In this document: one piece after another, positions 6,857 through 10,476 of the stretch | Numbering within the stretch: position 1 is the first letter of the stretch | How the letters are laid out: every line of letters begins with the position of its first letter | Source: a bacterium | Lineage (GTDB): Bacteria; CALINM01 | Assembly (NCBI GenBank): GCA_041640455.1 | Contig: JBEQAF010000038.1 | Location: 9,066-19,541 of the forward strand | Reading direction: 5' to 3' | DNA length: 10,476 bases | The notes under the pieces: generated by a model | Databases searched by the model: none | Told to the model about the DNA's origin: nothing | Seen by the model: the letters and a program-made list of their open reading frames with translations, nothing else | Program-made: the position numbers and the translations under genes

Positions 6857-8593
6857 CTATTTAACAACCTTAAGTTTTTCCTTCCCCTCTTTTTTTTCAG
6901 GCAGTATCATCTCATTAATTGCTGCGCCTGCGGGGACCATCGGATAGACCTTTTCAAACATATCAACCTTGAAGTCCATAAAGACCGGTTTTTTTACTTT
7001 CAGTGCCTCTTTTATAACCGGCTCTACCTCAGAGGGTTTGGTAGCCCTTAAACCAACAGCTCCATAGGCTTCAGCAAGTTTAACAAAGTCTGGCACATCG
7101 CAGAGTATGGAAGAGGAGTATCTTTCTCCATAGAAGAGTTCCTGCCACTGTCTTACCATGCCAAGACAACAGTTATTCAGTATAGCCACCTTCACATCCA
7201 GCTGTTCAATAACCACCGTGGCAAGCTCCTGAATATTCATCTGAATGCTTCCGTCACCTGCTATGGTTATTACCAGCTTATCAGGGTTGGCAACTTTTGC
7301 GCCTATGGCGGCTGGAAAGCCATAGCCCATGGTACCCAGACCGCCTGAGCTAAGCCAGTGTCTGGGTTTATCGTATTTGTAAAACTGCGCAGCCCACATC
7401 TGGTTCTGCCCGACCTCGGTTGAAATAATAGCCTCACCCTTAGTAATCTCGTATATCTTTTCCACTACAAACTGTGGCTTTATGACCTCTTTGCTGAACT
7501 CATAGCTTAACGGATGCTCTTTTTTCCAGTTATTAACTGTCTTTTTCCACTGTTTTCTTGCCTCCTCAATCACCTCGTTGGTTTCCGTAATAGCCTTAAT
7601 CTCCTTTATAAGATCTATTAATACCAGTCTCACATCGCCCACGATGGGTATATCTACATGCACACTCTTTCTGATTGAGGTAGGATCTATATCAATATGA
7701 ATTATTTTTGCTTCCGGAGCAAAATCTTTTACTCTTCCTGTAACTCTGTCATCAAATCTTGCTCCAATTGCAATAATAAGGTCTGAATTATGAATAGCCA
7801 TATTTGCTGCATAGGTGCCATGCATCCCCAGCATACCCAAAAAGAGACTGCTTGTCCCTGGAAAAGCCCCCAGCCCCATAAGGGTAAGCGTAACAGGAAT
7901 ATCGGTTAGCTCTGCAAAAGTTCTTAACTCTTCCGATGCGTTTGAGAGAATACAGCCTCCACCTGCGTATATTACCGGTCTTTTGGCTCTTTTTATAGCT
8001 TCCGCAGCCTTTTTTATCTGCCACCTGTTACCTATATAGTTTGGGTTATAACTTCTTAACGATACTGTGTCTGGATAATAAAAATCCGCCTTTGAAGATA
8101 CTACATCTCTGGGCAGATCCACCAGAACAGGTCCCGGACGCCCCTTAGAGGCTATATAAAAGGCTTCTTTTATGATTTGTGCCAGGTCACTAACATTCTT
8201 TACCAGATAATTATACTTTGTACAGGGTCTTGTAATACCAACAATATCTGCCTCCTGGAAGGCATCTACCCCGATCATGGGGGTAGGTACCTGTCCTGTA
8301 AAAACCACTATGGGGATGGAGTCCATAAATGCTGTGGCAAGACCCGTAACCGTATTGGTCGCTCCGGGTCCAGATGTGGCAAGAGCAACCCCTACCCTGC
8401 CGGTTGAACGGGCATACCCGTCTGCCATATGGACTGCCGCCTGCTCATGTCTGGGGAGAATAAGCTTTATATCTTTCTGATTATAAAGTGCGTCAAAGAT
8501 GGGAAGTACAACACCACCAGGGTAGCCGAATATGTGTTTTACCCCTTCTTTTTTTAAAGATTCAACAAATATTTCTGCCCCTGTAAGCTTCAC
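6857..8593 (-). CDS. ilvB: Acetolactate synthase large subunit, biosynthetic type
   Basis: 578 aa. Motifs [39 protein letters not shown], ThDP motif GDGS...LNN and GMVRQWQ. The GTG start overlaps the ilvD stop (TAGTG) with AGGAGG upstream. Confidence 0.96.
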   Translation of the reverse strand: MKLTGAEIFVESLKKEGVKHIFGYPGGVVLPIFDALYNQKDIKLILPRHEQAAVHMADGYARSTGRVGVALATSGPGATNTVTGLATAFMDSIPIVVFTGQVPTPMIGVDAFQEADIVGITRPCTKYNYLVKNVSDLAQIIKEAFYIASKGRPGPVLVDLPRDVVSSKADFYYPDTVSLRSYNPNYIGNRWQIKKAAEAIKRAKRPVIYAGGGCILSNASEELRTFAELTDIPVTLTLMGLGAFPGTSSLFLGMLGMHGTYAANMAIHNSDLIIAIGARFDDRVTGRVKDFAPEAKIIHIDIDPTSIRKSVHVDIPIVGDVRLVLIDLIKEIKAITETNEVIEEARKQWKKTVNNWKKEHPLSYEFSKEVIKPQFVVEKIYEITKGEAIISTEVGQNQMWAAQFYKYDKPRHWLSSGGLGTMGYGFPAAIGAKVANPDKLVITIAGDGSIQMNIQELATVVIEQLDVKVAILNNCCLGMVRQWQELFYGERYSSSILCDVPDFVKLAEAYGAVGLRATKPSEVEPVIKEALKVKKPVFMDFKVDMFEKVYPMVPAGAAINEMILPEKKEGKEKLKVVK

Positions 8594-10248
8594 TAATCCT
8601 CCTTTAACACAGCCCCATAGGCTGCGGATGTGACCATCTCACTGTATCTTTTTAGATAACCGGTTAGCTTTTTACGGACTGGTTTAAATGACTTTTTACG
8701 CTTCTCTATCTCCTTTTCGCTAATCAGAGCCTCAATTTTTCTGTTAGGAATATCTATCAATATCTCATCACCATCTTTTAAAAGCCCAATAAGTCCGCCT
8801 TCCACAGCCTCAGGTGAAACATGACCTATGCAGGGTCCCTGAGTACCGCCTGAGAATCTACCATCGGTAATAAGCGCGGCAGAGTTTCCCAGACCCATTC
8901 CGATAAGAGCTGCTGTGGGAGAAAGCATCTCTCTCATGCCTGGACCGCCTTTGGGACCTTCATTTCTGATAACTACCACATTGCCTTTTTTAACCTTACC
9001 GCTTAAGATGGCGTTCATAGCATCTTCCTCGCACTCAAAAACCAGCGCCTTACCTTTGAATTTCAACATCTCCTTTGAAACGGCAGACTGTTTTACCACT
9101 GCTCCCTGAGGCGCCAGATTACCTTTAAGTATGGCAAGTCCACCCTCTTTGTGATGAGCGTTTTCAAAGGTTCTTATCACATCTTCATCATATATGGGAG
9201 ACTTTTTAGCAATATCTTTTATATTCAGCCCTGAGACCGTATTATTTTTAAGCAGCTTGCTCTGAAGTCTGTTTAAAATTGCAGGTATCCCGCCTGCTCT
9301 ATCCAGATCTTCCATATAATATTTTCCCCCAGGAATCATGCTGACTATATGGGGGGTTTTTCTGCTAATCTCATCAAAAAGCTCAATGTTGATAGGTCTT
9401 TTGGCTTCCCTTGAGATAGCGGTCAGATGAAGGATTGTATTGGTGGAACCTCCGAGAGCCACATCAACCATTATGGCATTTTTAATGGCATTTTCTGTAA
9501 CAATATCTCTCGGACAGATGTTTTTCTTTACCAGCTCAACTATACGTTTTCCGCTCTCATAGGCTATGTGTTTCTTCTTACTTGACACGGCAAGGGCGGT
9601 GGCGCAGTATGGGAGAGAAAGCCCGAGTGTTTCTGTAATACATGCCATAGTATTGGCTGTATATAAACCCTGGCAGGAACCTGCACCAGGACAGGCATTT
9701 GCCTCGTATCCTGCCAGATCCTCATCACTGATCTCTCCTTTTTTATATCTACCCACAGCCTCAAAGGTGCCACTCACCAGAGACAGCCTCTCCCCTTTAT
9801 AGTAGCCTGCAATCATAGGTCCTGCAGTAACAAATATAGAAGGTACATTGAGCCTTAGCGACGCCATTATCATGCCCGGGGTTATCTTGTCACAGTTCGT
9901 TAGAAATACGAGCCCATCAAGCTTATGAGCAGAAACTACACACTCAATAACATCTGCAATGGCTTCTCTTGATGGAAGGGAGTATCTCATACCAGAATGC
10001 CCCATGGCTATACCATCACATATACCAGGTACTGTAAAGGTAAAGGCATATCCGCCGCCTGTATGAATCCCCTTTTCAATAAATCTTTCCAGATCTCTCA
10101 TACCCACATGACCTGGGATAAGGTCAGTGGCACTGCTAACTATGCCTATAAAGGGCTTGTCCATTTCAGGTCTTGGAAGCCCACATGCCATTAATAACGC
10201 TCTGTGAGGAGCTCTTTCCACTCCCTTTTTAACATCATCGCTTTTCAT
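8593..10248 (-). CDS. ilvD: Dihydroxy-acid dehydratase
   Basis: 551 aa. Motifs [61 protein letters not shown] and GHVSPEA. Confidence 0.96.
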   Translation of the reverse strand: MKSDDVKKGVERAPHRALLMACGLPRPEMDKPFIGIVSSATDLIPGHVGMRDLERFIEKGIHTGGGYAFTFTVPGICDGIAMGHSGMRYSLPSREAIADVIECVVSAHKLDGLVFLTNCDKITPGMIMASLRLNVPSIFVTAGPMIAGYYKGERLSLVSGTFEAVGRYKKGEISDEDLAGYEANACPGAGSCQGLYTANTMACITETLGLSLPYCATALAVSSKKKHIAYESGKRIVELVKKNICPRDIVTENAIKNAIMVDVALGGSTNTILHLTAISREAKRPINIELFDEISRKTPHIVSMIPGGKYYMEDLDRAGGIPAILNRLQSKLLKNNTVSGLNIKDIAKKSPIYDEDVIRTFENAHHKEGGLAILKGNLAPQGAVVKQSAVSKEMLKFKGKALVFECEEDAMNAILSGKVKKGNVVVIRNEGPKGGPGMREMLSPTAALIGMGLGNSAALITDGRFSGGTQGPCIGHVSPEAVEGGLIGLLKDGDEILIDIPNRKIEALISEKEIEKRKKSFKPVRKKLTGYLKRYSEMVTSAAYGAVLKED

Positions 10249-10279
10249 AAAACCTCTTTTAAAATTTTTTTGATTTTCA

Positions 10280-10458
10280 CTAATTTTTAGACTGATACTG
10301 CTTTATAATCTCAAACATTCTGTCTTTGCCAGCAAGTTTTATCTTCTGAAGTCTTTTTCTTTCTGCCTCCTCATCAGCAGTGAGAAAATGTTTTTTATCT
10401 ATCTCGGCTATTTTATCTTCCAGCTCCAGATGCTCCTTGTAAAGTTTTCTGAACTCTT
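10280..10458 (-). CDS. Small helical DUF465/YdcH-like protein (5'-truncated; absent from ORF track)
   Basis: Manual translation from 10456 to TAG at 10282-10280 gives [58 protein letters not shown] (58 aa). The F..L..EH..L...I and L.K.KL..KD pattern recalls DUF465. It ends 31 bp upstream of ilvD. Confidence 0.8.
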
Positions 10459-10476
10459 AGATCGGAAGAGCGTCGT
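10459..10476 (+). other. Illumina TruSeq adapter remnant (technical artefact)
   Basis: AGATCGGAAGAGCGTCGT is the start of the TruSeq read-2 read-through adapter and sits at the very end of the sequence. Confidence 0.97.

Noticed and set aside
6646..10194. Short overlapping ORFs within ilvN, ilvB and ilvD (6646-6843, 7788-8024, 7815-8039, 8177-8407, 8277-8480, 8915-9109, 9564-9773, 9566-9802, 9997-10194)
   Set aside because: They are shadows of conserved enzymes with no independent coding evidence.
618..10248. Idea of a unified BCAA import plus biosynthesis supercluster
   Set aside because: The operons are convergent and share no promoter region, and the importer's substrate is uncertain. 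Adjacency alone is insufficient.
1..10476. CRISPR arrays, tRNA/rRNA, riboswitches, IS elements, tandem repeats, frameshifted pseudogenes
   Set aside because: None were seen by eye. All intergenic gaps are 73 bp or less, and the complete genes have normal lengths and intact motifs.

Overview
This is a gene-dense, AT-rich bacterial metabolic region. The gene content suggests an anaerobic diderm, possibly Desulfobacterota- or Nitrospirota-like, but that is inference only. It holds two convergent operons. The + strand carries a 5'-truncated indolepyruvate:ferredoxin oxidoreductase beta subunit (iorB), a complete five-gene HAAT/Liv-type ABC importer (binding protein, two permeases, two ATPases) and a glutaryl-CoA dehydrogenase-like acyl-CoA dehydrogenase. 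The - strand carries a truncated DUF465/YdcH-like small gene that the ORF track missed, then ilvD-ilvB-ilvN with no ilvC. The operons meet at a hairpin in a 40-bp gap. The last 18 nt are an untrimmed Illumina adapter. I saw no mobile element, CRISPR array, RNA gene or defence system, and no clearly new system. The best lead is the iorB + ABC importer + GCDH-like cluster, which may be an aryl/organic-acid uptake and CoA-metabolism unit rather than a true Leu/Ile/Val transporter.
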